DNA of 63,587 bases, the filler included. It is 5 parts of 5 records of this genome, joined end to end, with 100 filler letters (N's around TTAATTAATTAA, not from the genome) between each part and the next. Parts side by side here need not be neighbours in the genome. Positions count along the whole stretch, not along the records: positions 39,234 to 58,021 come from SRR2962707_3843; positions 58,122 to 63,587 come from SRR2962707_3844; 3 more parts are not named here. The stretch is one strand, 5' to 3'. The stretch's first letter is position 1. Every line of letters starts with the position of its first letter. Position numbers and translations under genes: made by a program. The notes under the pieces are model-generated. The model saw only the letters and a list, made by a program, of their open reading frames with translations. It searched no databases and had not been told where the DNA came from. Shown piece by piece: positions 50,481 to 59,665 of this stretch.

Positions 50481-51908
50481 ATGTCGCCCAATTTCAAAAG
50501 TTTTGTCGTCTTCGCCGAGATGCGGACCGGGTCAAATTTTTTGGAGGCGAACCTGAACGCGTTCGAGGGGATCAACTGCCACGGAGAGGCGTTTAACCCG
50601 CATTTTATCGGCTATCCGAACGCCACTGATATTTTGGGCGTTGATCAGGAAACACGCGACACCGACCCCAATGCGCTGCTGTCGGCCATACGCAATACAT
50701 CAACGGGGCTGGGCGGGTTTCGCTATTTTCACGACCACGACCCCCGTGTGTTGGACACGCTGCTGACCGATGACAGTTGCGCCAAGGTTATTCTGACCCG
50801 CAATCCCGTTGACAGCTATGTCAGCTGGAAGATTGCCCGCGCCACCGGCCAGTGGAAGCTGACCGACATGAAGGCGCATAAATCCGGCCAAGCCTTGTTT
50901 GATGAGGCAGAGTTTTCCGCCCATCTAGAGGCTTTGCAGGCGTTTCAATTGCTGTTGCTGAACCGTCTTCAGGTCTTGGGGCAAACTGCGTTCTATGTGG
51001 CCTATGAAGACCTGCAAAATGTCGATGTGATGAACGGGCTTGCACGGTTTCTGGGCGTGGACGAGACGTTGGATGGCTTGGACAAAAGCCTGAAAAAGCA
51101 AAATCCCGAACATATCTCGACCAAGGTCAGCAACTACGACGAAATGCTGGCGGCCCTCGGACGGCTCGACCGTTTCGATCTGACCCGAACGCCGAATTTC
51201 GAACCGCGCCGTGGGCCGGTGGTGCCATCGTATGTCGCCGCAGCTGACGCACCGTTGCTGTATTTGCCCCTGCGCAGTGGGCCCGAACCGCAGGTTCTGG
51301 ATTGGTTGGCTGCTGTCGATGGCGTTGGCCGCGACAATTTGCGCAGCAAGATGAACCAAAAGGACCTGCGCCAATGGAAACGGCGCAATGTGGGCCATCG
51401 CAGCTTTACCGTGCTGCGCCACCCAGTAGACCGTGCCCATGATGCGTTTTGTCGCCACATCGTCACGACGGGCAAGGGCAGCTATACCCAACTGCGCGCC
51501 AATCTGATCCGGCGCTATAAACTGCCCCTGCCCGAAGGGGAGCCGGATGCAAGCTATGACGCAGATGCGCATCGTTTGGCGTTCAAGGAGTTCTTGGTTT
51601 TCCTCAAGGGGAACCTGAACGGGCAGACTGCTATTCGTGTCGATCAGGCGTGGTGTAGCCAAGCGCAGGCGTTGCAAGGCTTTGGCGAATTTGCCCTGCC
51701 GGACCGCATTATTCGCGAGGCCGATCTGGCGCATGATCTGGCCGAATTGGCCGTGTCCGTGGGGATATCGACGCCGCCGGCCATAGCGCCACGCCCGGCA
51801 ACCACACCGTTTGAGCTGTCAGTCATCTACGACGCCGAGATCGAGAAGCTCGCCTCGGATGCATATCAGCGCGATTACATGATGTTTGGTTTTGACAGCT
51901 GGCAATGA
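50481..51908 (+). CDS. NodH/Stf0-like sulfotransferase with second sulfotransferase-like domain
   Basis: MRTGSNFL 5'-PSB loop, LTRNPVDSYVS; C-terminal FTVLRHPVDR and YQRDY..FGF. Confidence 0.85.
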   Translation: MSPNFKSFVVFAEMRTGSNFLEANLNAFEGINCHGEAFNPHFIGYPNATDILGVDQETRDTDPNALLSAIRNTSTGLGGFRYFHDHDPRVLDTLLTDDSCAKVILTRNPVDSYVSWKIARATGQWKLTDMKAHKSGQALFDEAEFSAHLEALQAFQLLLLNRLQVLGQTAFYVAYEDLQNVDVMNGLARFLGVDETLDGLDKSLKKQNPEHISTKVSNYDEMLAALGRLDRFDLTRTPNFEPRRGPVVPSYVAAADAPLLYLPLRSGPEPQVLDWLAAVDGVGRDNLRSKMNQKDLRQWKRRNVGHRSFTVLRHPVDRAHDAFCRHIVTTGKGSYTQLRANLIRRYKLPLPEGEPDASYDADAHRLAFKEFLVFLKGNLNGQTAIRVDQAWCSQAQALQGFGEFALPDRIIREADLAHDLAELAVSVGISTPPAIAPRPATTPFELSVIYDAEIEKLASDAYQRDYMMFGFDSWQ

Positions 51909-51916
51909 TGTGGGCG

Positions 51917-52381
51917 CTAGGCCGCTTGCGTGGCCTGTGCTTCGGTCAGAATTGTGTACAGCGTTGCTGGCTCCGGGTTTGCCCGCAGCTTTGAGCAGAC
52001 AGACGGATCGCGCAGGGTCCGCGATACCAGCGCCAACGCCTTTAGATGTTCGACCCCGGCATTTTCGGGCGCGAATAGCGCAAATGCGATATCGACGGGC
52101 TGCCGGTCGACAGCATTGAAATCAATTGGTTTGTCCAACAGCACGAATGCACCCAAGACCGAATCCAACCCCTCTAACCGCGCATGCGGAAGGGCAACCC
52201 CATGGCCAACGCCTGTCGGGCCAAGGGATTCGCGTGTTTGCAAGGCATCGATAACCGCACCTGAATCCAAATCATACGCGTGAAACGCCAGCTCACCAAT
52301 ATCATGGAGCAGGCGCTTCTTGCTTGATGCAGACGTCAGGACTTTGACCGCCGACGGCTTTAGGAGTGTCGCAAAATTCAT
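51917..52381 (-). CDS. ptsN: PTS nitrogen regulatory EIIA(Ntr)
   Basis: RESLGPTGVGHGVALPHAR, HLKALA. Confidence 0.95.
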   Translation of the reverse strand: MNFATLLKPSAVKVLTSASSKKRLLHDIGELAFHAYDLDSGAVIDALQTRESLGPTGVGHGVALPHARLEGLDSVLGAFVLLDKPIDFNAVDRQPVDIAFALFAPENAGVEHLKALALVSRTLRDPSVCSKLRANPEPATLYTILTEAQATQAA

Positions 52382-52424
52382 TCTGCTCGCTCAGTTCTGG
52401 GCCGCCTTCATGCGATCCGTTGTG

Positions 52425-52991
52425 TTAGGACGGGTCGATCCAGCCGATGTTTCCGTCATCACGACGGTAAACAACGTTTACGCCTTCTTTACCCTCTTTG
52501 CGAAACACGACGACAGGTGATCCTGAAATCTCCATCTGCATCACGGCTTCTCCGACAGACAAGTTTGCGATCTTGGTCTGCATTTCGGCAATGATCATTG
52601 GTTGGAGAGTTTCGGGTTCCTGCGCATCTGAATCGCTTTCTGAGGCGAGGATATACGAGGATGCGCCGAAAAGTTCAACCGGCTCCGGTCTTTCACGGTG
52701 GTGATCTTTCAACCGACGCTTGTAGCGACGAAGTTGCTTCTCCATTTTGGCTGCGCAGGAATCAAAAGATCCATAAATATCAGTAGCATGAGCTTTTGCC
52801 GAAGCGGTCAGCCCAGTCGAGAGGTGAACTGTTGCCTCACAAACGAATTCATGGCCGGACTTGGAAAAGATGACATTTGCATCCGTCGGGCGCTCTGCGT
52901 ATTTTTTGACCGCTTCGCCCAGTTCCGTTTTCACATGAGTCTGCAGGGCGTCGCCGATGTCGATCTGTTTGCCACTGATTTGGTACCGCAT
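52425..52991 (-). CDS. hpf: Ribosome hibernation promoting factor (long HPF)
   Basis: ISGKQIDIG, KQLRRYK, NVVYRRDDGNIGWI. Confidence 0.94.
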   Translation of the reverse strand: MRYQISGKQIDIGDALQTHVKTELGEAVKKYAERPTDANVIFSKSGHEFVCEATVHLSTGLTASAKAHATDIYGSFDSCAAKMEKQLRRYKRRLKDHHRERPEPVELFGASSYILASESDSDAQEPETLQPMIIAEMQTKIANLSVGEAVMQMEISGSPVVVFRKEGKEGVNVVYRRDDGNIGWIDPS

Positions 52992-53030
52992 ATACTCTCC
53001 TTATTCATATCGTTCTGAACAACGTCACAA

Positions 53031-53048
53031 ACCGCGAAAATTCGCGGT
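53031..53048 (-). terminator. Hairpin between lptB and hpf (terminator-like)
   Basis: ACCGCGA-ATTT-TCGCGGT on the minus strand, followed by only a short U tract. Confidence 0.4.
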
Positions 53049-53243
53049 GTGGGGCGGGGTCAGATGCGGGTGAATGACGATCCGTTCAGATTGAATGCTA
53101 TCGGCCCTTTGTTGCAAGGGTCAGATAGGACAAACATGGAACGTGGTGTCGCCATGTCCCCATTGAGCGCCCGAAAGGCACTGTTTGTCAAATGAATCTG
53201 GCAGGAAGTTGTGCGAAAATCAGCTGAGCAATTTCATCAAAAA

Positions 53244-54002
53244 TTAAGAAATACGAAAATTGTCACCCAGATAGACACGGCGCACGTTCTCGTTTTGAAC
53301 GACTTCTGACGGGGTGCCAGACATCAGGACTTTGCCCTCGTGCAGGATATAGGCGCGATCCACGATCTCGAGGGTTTCGCGCACATTGTGATCGGTGATC
53401 AGCACACCAATGCCACGTTTTTTCAGGTCAGCGACCAGATGCCTGATGTCATCAACCGAAATCGGATCAACCCCGGCAAACGGTTCATCAAGCAAAAGGT
53501 ATTTAGGATCAGCGGCCAGACAACGGGCGATTTCAACGCGGCGACGTTCGCCTCCCGACAGGGCCAGTGCGGGGGCACGACGTAGGTGTTCGATGGAAAA
53601 TTCAGACAGCAATGCCTCAAGCCGTTCGCGGCGCTTTCGCACGTCTGGCACCGAAATATCCAGGATGGCCGAGATATTATCCTGCACGCTCAACCCGCGA
53701 AAAATGCTCATCTCTTGGGGAAGATAGCCGATGCCCAGTTGCGCGCGGCGATACATCGGCAGGGTGGTGACATCCTTGCCGTCGATGGTGACGGTGCCGC
53801 CTTCGGGCATGACCAATCCGGCCACGGCATAAAATGTCGTCGTCTTGCCCGATCCGTTGGGGCCAAGCAAAGCAACAACTTCGCCGCGGTCCAGATGCAT
53901 CGAAAAATCACGGATCACGGTTTTCTTGCGATAGGACTTGCGCAGATGTTCAATCCGCAGACCGCCGCCGCCGTTTTCTATCGTCAATGGTGGGGTTGGC
54001 AT
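53244..54002 (-). CDS. lptB: LPS export ABC ATPase
   Basis: GPNGSGKT, LSGGERRR, LDEPFAGVDP, TDHNVRETL. Confidence 0.96.
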   Translation of the reverse strand: MPTPPLTIENGGGGLRIEHLRKSYRKKTVIRDFSMHLDRGEVVALLGPNGSGKTTTFYAVAGLVMPEGGTVTIDGKDVTTLPMYRRAQLGIGYLPQEMSIFRGLSVQDNISAILDISVPDVRKRRERLEALLSEFSIEHLRRAPALALSGGERRRVEIARCLAADPKYLLLDEPFAGVDPISVDDIRHLVADLKKRGIGVLITDHNVRETLEIVDRAYILHEGKVLMSGTPSEVVQNENVRRVYLGDNFRIS

Positions 54003-54487
54003 CAGTTTTTGGTACCCGTTTGCAAGACTGTCTTAACGCGTCCCGTCATTTGCGCCGTGCCGTCAGACAGATTGACGCTCATCTTGTCAGAGCTAAGCGC
54101 GTTGCGCCCCTGAACCAGTAAAACATTACCAGACATGACGATCGTTCCGGTGTCGATATTGTAATCCGCACGATCCGATTCGGCGGCATCAGGGCCAGAT
54201 ACCAACGTTACGCCGCCTGTCGCTTCAAGCCGTGCAATACCTTCGGATTCAGCACGGTAAACGACCAGAACGCGCGCTGCCGTGAGCCGCATTTCACCCT
54301 GACCGATCAATACATTTCCGGAGAAAATCGCTGTATCTGTGGTCTGATCGACAGACAGATCGTCGGCTGTGATCTCAACCGGGAGGCCGGTATCCTGACG
54401 GATCGTCCCAAAGGCGACATTGGCCCCTTGGGCCGCCACGGATACGGCAGTGAATAGCAAAAATAGCGGCAGCAGAAGATATTTCAC
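54002..54487 (-). CDS. lptA: LPS transport periplasmic protein
   Basis: Signal peptide, PVEITAD, GNV...QG OstA-like repeats; synteny. Confidence 0.9.
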   Translation of the reverse strand: MKYLLLPLFLLFTAVSVAAQGANVAFGTIRQDTGLPVEITADDLSVDQTTDTAIFSGNVLIGQGEMRLTAARVLVVYRAESEGIARLEATGGVTLVSGPDAAESDRADYNIDTGTIVMSGNVLLVQGRNALSSDKMSVNLSDGTAQMTGRVKTVLQTGTKN

Positions 54488-54492
54488 GCAGG

Positions 54493-55101
54493 TTACTCTA
54501 TTAAAGGTTTCGGTTTATATATCAGCTTCACCCGATTTGTGAAAAACAATTGGGTGGCACCGCCGTTTTCTGTTTGTGACAGGGTCATTGAACCGGCCTC
54601 GAGCGTGCCTTCGGGGGCTGTGCCGTACACACGCCCGGGGGATTCGATGTCCAGCGACGATAGGCCGGATGTCATGAAATCGCTGGTCAGGCGGTATCCG
54701 TTCGAGGTCATGATCACCACGTCATTGGTTAATTGGGCACTGTTGCTGGTCAGGTCAATCTCGGCCTCGCCAGACTGAAGCCGATAGGTGGCACCTTGCG
54801 CCGTTTTAATGGTCACGCGGATATTTTCGGCTTTGTTCGCGCCAATTTTGCCTTCGGGTGTGGTCAGCACATCGGCATAGAATGTCAGTTCGTCCCCTTG
54901 CGCCGTTGATCCGGTAAAGAAGGGGGCCGTTATCTGTTGGTCGCGCAGCCGCTCCTGGATCTCTTTTTCGGCGAACGGGATCGCTTCGCCGGGGTCAATG
55001 ACGCGCGAGAGCAAGAACAAGGTCGACAGCAGCGCCAAGGCCGTGAGCGGGAACAGCACCTTTAGCCAGGACACTGTTCTGGTGTAGCGGTCACCCTTCA
55101 C
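54493..55101 (-). CDS. lptC: LPS export protein LptC
   Basis: Single N-terminal TM, beta-jellyroll-like region; kdsD-lptC-lptA-lptB order. Confidence 0.85.
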   Translation of the reverse strand: MKGDRYTRTVSWLKVLFPLTALALLSTLFLLSRVIDPGEAIPFAEKEIQERLRDQQITAPFFTGSTAQGDELTFYADVLTTPEGKIGANKAENIRVTIKTAQGATYRLQSGEAEIDLTSNSAQLTNDVVIMTSNGYRLTSDFMTSGLSSLDIESPGRVYGTAPEGTLEAGSMTLSQTENGGATQLFFTNRVKLIYKPKPLIE

Positions 55102-55106
55102 TTTGG

Positions 55107-56069
55107 TTAACCCAATCCGACGCGCAGGCAGTCGTGAATGTGGATCAGGCCCGCAGGGATGTTTTTACCATCGGGTTCGACGACCAACAGGCAGGTGATC
55201 TTGCGGGCGTTCATAATGGCGACCGCCTTTTCGGCCAGCGCATCGGGGGCGATTGTCACTGGTGTTGTTGTCATCACATCGCGCGTGGTCTTGGACATCA
55301 GACCGTCCAGATGACGGCCCAAATCGCCGCTGGTGATGATCCCGGCAAGGGTGCCGGCGTCATCAGTGACGATCACCACACCGAATGATTTACTGCTCAT
55401 CATCATCAATGCGTCAGACATCGGCGCATCGTCTTTGACCATTGGCAGGGCATCACCGCTGTGCATCAGATCGGCCACACGGCTAAGCCGCGCACCCAAT
55501 TTGCCGCCGGGGTGGAATTCGCGGAAATGTTCGGCCGTAAAGGACCGGTTTTCCATCAGTGCAATGGCAACCGCATCGCCCATCGCCAATGTCATGGTGG
55601 TAGATGTCGATGGCACAACGCCGGTGCCGCAGGCCTCGGCCAGTTGGGGCAGCAACAAAACCACATCGCATTGCGCGCCAAGGCTGCTGCCCTCGCGGCT
55701 GGTGATGCCGATCAAGGGAATGGAAAAGCGCCGCGAATAGGCGATCAGGTTGGCCAGTTCAGGGGCCTCGCCGGAATTCGAAATCGCCAACACCACGTCA
55801 TCGCCGGTGATCATTCCCAGATCGCCGTGGCTTGCTTCGGCGGGGTGGACGAATTGCGCAGGTGTGCCGGTGCTGGCGAGGGTCGCCGCGATCTTCTTGG
55901 CGATATGGCCGGATTTGCCGATGCCGGTGACGATCACACGGCCACGGGTGGCGACCAACACGTCAATCGCCTGACGAAAACGATCATCCAGACTGTCAGC
56001 CAATGCCACCAGCGCGTCAGCCTCGGTGCGGATCACGCGCCGGGCAGTATCTAGGAATGGGGTGCTCAT
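55107..56069 (-). CDS. kdsD: Arabinose-5-phosphate isomerase (KpsF/GutQ, SIS+CBS)
   Basis: GIGKSGH, EASHGDLG, HPGGKLG, CBS pair. Confidence 0.94.
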   Translation of the reverse strand: MSTPFLDTARRVIRTEADALVALADSLDDRFRQAIDVLVATRGRVIVTGIGKSGHIAKKIAATLASTGTPAQFVHPAEASHGDLGMITGDDVVLAISNSGEAPELANLIAYSRRFSIPLIGITSREGSSLGAQCDVVLLLPQLAEACGTGVVPSTSTTMTLAMGDAVAIALMENRSFTAEHFREFHPGGKLGARLSRVADLMHSGDALPMVKDDAPMSDALMMMSSKSFGVVIVTDDAGTLAGIITSGDLGRHLDGLMSKTTRDVMTTTPVTIAPDALAEKAVAIMNARKITCLLVVEPDGKNIPAGLIHIHDCLRVGLG

Positions 56070-56680
56070 ACGTGTGCAAAAATATCCGTGTCGGGCCAGC
56101 CTGCCAGATCTAGTTGGGCACGGGTGGGAAGAAAATCAAAACACGCTTGCGCGATGTCCATGCGATCTTCGCGCAAGAGCATCACGTTCAACGCATCGCG
56201 CAGCTTGTGCAGGTGCAAAACATCTGACGCGGCATAATCAATTTGCGCTTTGGTCAGCTTCTCTGCGCCCCAATCACTGGATTGCTGCTGCTTGGAAATA
56301 TCGACGCTTAGCAATTCCTGGCACAGCTTTGCCAGCCCGTGGCGGTCCGTATAGGTGCGCACAAGGCGGCTGGCGATTTTGGTGCAATAGACGGGTGCGG
56401 CCTTGGCCCCGAACCGGCTCAGCATCGCGGCAATGTCGAAGCGGCCAAAGTGGAACAGCTTGAGCACATTCGAATTTTCCAGCAGCGCGCATAGATTGGG
56501 CGCGGTGGTCTGGTCCTTGGCGATCTGAACCAGATGCGCGCGGCCATCCCCGCCAGAAAGCTGCACAACGCACAGCCGGTCACGGTGCGGATGCAGGCCC
56601 ATAGTCTCGCAATCAATCGCGACGATTGCACCCAGATCAAGGCCGTCTGGCAGGTCGTTTTGGTGAACTTTATGTGTCAT
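56066..56680 (-). CDS. rnd: RNase D-like 3'-5' exonuclease
   Basis: AIDCET, FHFGRFD, QQSSDW, YAASDV (DEDDy); start at MTHKVH. Confidence 0.9.
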   Translation of the reverse strand: MTHKVHQNDLPDGLDLGAIVAIDCETMGLHPHRDRLCVVQLSGGDGRAHLVQIAKDQTTAPNLCALLENSNVLKLFHFGRFDIAAMLSRFGAKAAPVYCTKIASRLVRTYTDRHGLAKLCQELLSVDISKQQQSSDWGAEKLTKAQIDYAASDVLHLHKLRDALNVMLLREDRMDIAQACFDFLPTRAQLDLAGWPDTDIFAHV

Positions 56681-56735
56681 GCCTTCCCTATATCGCCCTC
56701 GTGCGCTTTGGGAAAGCACCGCTTTTGGGCAAAGG

Positions 56736-57506
56736 TTAAGCGGTGGCAATCAGTGTCGGGTCAGGCCGTGGATAGCGCGCCAGCAGATCAGCGACCAGAA
56801 CATGGGCTTTCAACCCGACCCAATCGTCCCTGATCAACGGTTTTGGCAAGGCAGGATGCTTTAGCGCCAGTCGCCGCCAGTTATGCACGATCAAACAGCG
56901 CAGCGTCGCGATTTCAAGCGGTGTCAACGCATCTTGGGCCGGCAGGTTCTGCGCCGCATGGGCCAAGGCCGCGTGTAGCTGGCTGTACCCTTCGGCCAGC
57001 GTTTGCGGCTCTAACTCGGCCTGCAGCCAATCAGCGGCGTCCACACCGGCTGTTACATAGGCATCTTTCGGCGGCGCGATATTCGCCGGGCCGACAAAGA
57101 CGCGGGGGTCCACTTGGGTGAACCCCTCCAGATCAAGGCCGTCGATATCTGCGGATTTCAGCAACAGCATTTGCCAGTTTCGGCACAGCGCATCGGGGGG
57201 CGTGTAGATGCGCGCGCTTGCATCATCGGCTTGGGCGCGCCCATCGGGGGTCAGGCTGTGCAGGCTGATGCGCCCTTGCTTTACCGATGCGATCCAATTG
57301 TCCTTGCGCAGCCGGTGCAGTGCGACGCGCGCGGCCTCGGGCCGCACATCCATCGCGGCCATGATCGCAGATAACACAGGCCCGTCGATCACATCGCCCT
57401 CGCGCCGCGCAAGATCACCGAACAGGCTGATCATCAGGGACCAGACCCGCTGCCCGCCAAGTTTTTTCAGCGCAGAGGTCGCATGTGCGAAGTCATCAGT
57501 AAGCAT
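56736..57506 (-). CDS. paaX: PaaX-like transcriptional regulator
   Basis: SLMISLFGD, RVALHRL wHTH, VHNWRR...P.LP...W; overlaps paaZ. Confidence 0.85.
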   Translation of the reverse strand: MLTDDFAHATSALKKLGGQRVWSLMISLFGDLARREGDVIDGPVLSAIMAAMDVRPEAARVALHRLRKDNWIASVKQGRISLHSLTPDGRAQADDASARIYTPPDALCRNWQMLLLKSADIDGLDLEGFTQVDPRVFVGPANIAPPKDAYVTAGVDAADWLQAELEPQTLAEGYSQLHAALAHAAQNLPAQDALTPLEIATLRCLIVHNWRRLALKHPALPKPLIRDDWVGLKAHVLVADLLARYPRPDPTLIATA

Positions 57507-58021
57507 TCATCGTCAGCAGTTCATATTCGGCCACAGCGGCATCATCCTGATTGGTCAGGGTCACGTGCCAGCGTACCTCACCGTATTCATCATTACGAGG
57601 GGTCTTTGCCTTGACGCTAAGCCGTACCTTGATGCTGTCGCCCGCCTGAACGGGGGCCATAAAGCGCAGGTTGTCCAACCCGGTGTTCGCCAAGACCGGG
57701 CCGGGATCGGGTTGCACGAACAGGCCCGCGGCAAAGCTTAGCAACAGATAGCCATGGGCAACACGACCGGGGAAGAACGGGTTCGCCTTGGCGGCGTCTT
57801 CGTCCATGTGGGCATAAAACGTATCGCCAGTGAAATGCGCAAAGGTTTCGATATCGTCCAGCGTGATGGTCCGGCTGGCGGAATTGAACGTCTCGCCCAG
57901 ATCAAGATCGCCAAAGACTCGTGTAAACGGGTGATCGCGGTCGGATATCTCGGCAGCGCCCGGCACCCATTGTTTGCCAATGGCGGTCAGAATGTCGGGG
58001 CTGCCCTGAATGGCGGTGCGC
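57496..58021 (-). CDS. paaZ: PaaZ C-terminal part (MaoC-like hydratase domain; contig edge)
   Basis: Frame open to the contig end (RTAIQGSPDILT); FTGDTFYAHMD, RVAHGY, PGPVLAN. Confidence 0.9.
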
Positions 58022-58121
58022 NNNNNNNNNNNNNNNNNNNNNNNNNNNNNNNNNNNNNNNNNNNNTTAATTAATTAANNNNNNNNNNNNNNNNNNNNNNN
58101 NNNNNNNNNNNNNNNNNNNNN
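58022..58121. other. Artificial contig linker
   Basis: 44 N + TTAATTAATTAA + 44 N. Confidence 0.99.
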
Positions 58122-58162
58122 TAGTCATAGTCATAGTCATAGTCATAGTCACAGTCACAGTC
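58122..58162 (+). repeat. (YAGTCA)n hexanucleotide repeat, (Ser-His)n in frame with the methyltransferase
   Basis: TAGTCA x5, then CAGTCA-type units. Confidence 0.85.
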
Positions 58163-59203
58163 GTGGCGCTGGGGCAGATTTTGACGAACAGGCGTTTGGA
58201 GGCGAAGGGTGGGCACTGTACGGGGCTGAGGCCCATGCAGAGGCCCAGGAGCGAAATTTGGCGGATTTGCTGCGGGACGTGCAGGCAGAGGGTGAAGTCG
58301 TTGGTGCGGAGTCCGCCGGCACAGGCGCAGTCATTTGGGAATGCGGCGTTGTGCTGGCCAAGCTTTTAGAGCAGCTCAGCCAGCCATCATCTGCGCAAAA
58401 AGCATTACTATGTAAGCTTGTGAGTTGCAATTCCGTGTTTGATCTCATCAACGACTTTTCGATGTGTGGTCGATCGGTTCTGGAGCTTGGTGCTGGCACA
58501 GGTGTAGCCGGTTTAGCCAGCGCTGCACTAGGCGCGAATGCAGTTTTGTCAGACCTGTCACCAGTCCTGGACGCCGTGACAGGCGGGAATGTGGCTCGCA
58601 ATGCTTCGAAAGTGTCTGGTTCGTTGCGAAGTGTCAGCTTGGACTGGTTTGATCCGCAGCTGCAAGCTCGGATTGCAAACCTTGTGGCAGACTCCGATGT
58701 GACGGCGCAATCTGGCAACTCAGTGTCACATCAAGGATTTGACATTGTGCTGGGGGCCGATTGTGTATTCAACGAGCGCACCAAGGAAGGGTTTCAGCGA
58801 GCATTGTGCTCAATTCTTGCATCTGCAAGTGGCGGTGGTGCATGCAGCGGTCGTGGGCCAGCAGAACGTCCCGATCCGGCTCGCTGTTTTGCTGTGGTCG
58901 TCCACAAACCAAGGCATCCGGAGGTGGATCGCGCATTTTGGTCAAAGCTGAAGGAGGAGAAGGTGATTGCGTGAAACTCGTGTTCAGTGCACTTCTAATG
59001 CTCCTAGATTCTAGAGTCTCGTTGTTTTGATTTGGCGTCCTGTTTTTCACGGCTATCCACAGATTGCGGTGTCACGCCTCCCGCAGCAACTGATGCACCC
59101 AGCATTTCAGTCCCCAAAGATCCATGCTTATGTTTTGACTGCGCAACAACATCTGCCTACTGAGGCAGGGGCCAGAATTCACGGGCAGCCACTTGTGTGT
59201 TGA
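58123..59203 (+). CDS. Eukaryotic family-16 (METTL21-like) protein methyltransferase, 5'-partial, spliced
   Basis: TGAVIWECG, VLELGAGTG, LDW, DIVLGADCVF; GT-AG intron 58963-59062; last exon ...LMHPAFQSPKIHAY... stop at 59201-59203. Confidence 0.8.
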
Positions 59204-59665
59204 ACTGTTGAGTGCCTGACGTATCAATCGATTTTTCAAGTTGTTGTTGCTATTGTTGTTGACTCGACCTTCTTTGATGGTGGCGGCACGATGGTGGTTT
59301 TTCGCATGCAAGGTTGACGAAGTTGGGAGGTCGCTCTGGTATTGTACCCTGCTTCCTGACGGTATGTCAATTGGCTGACTTTGTGGCCGGCTAGTGAATG
59401 CGAGTGCACGCATTCCTCGATGGGGCATTATTTGAACAGGGCGAGCTTTTCATCTTCACTGCATGGTAGGTCCAAGGTTTGTCAAGGATGAAGACTGGGT
59501 TCTTATGCACTCGATGCTTGGCAGTGAACCACAAGAAGAAAGTCAGCCCTGACATTAATCAATGCCTTGGTCAGACGTGCACTTTGGTAAAATTAGCCTT
59601 GGCAAGAAGAAGTTTTTCGTGCCTGTGATGGCCACAACAGGGGTCCAGAATAGTGCACGCCCTGC

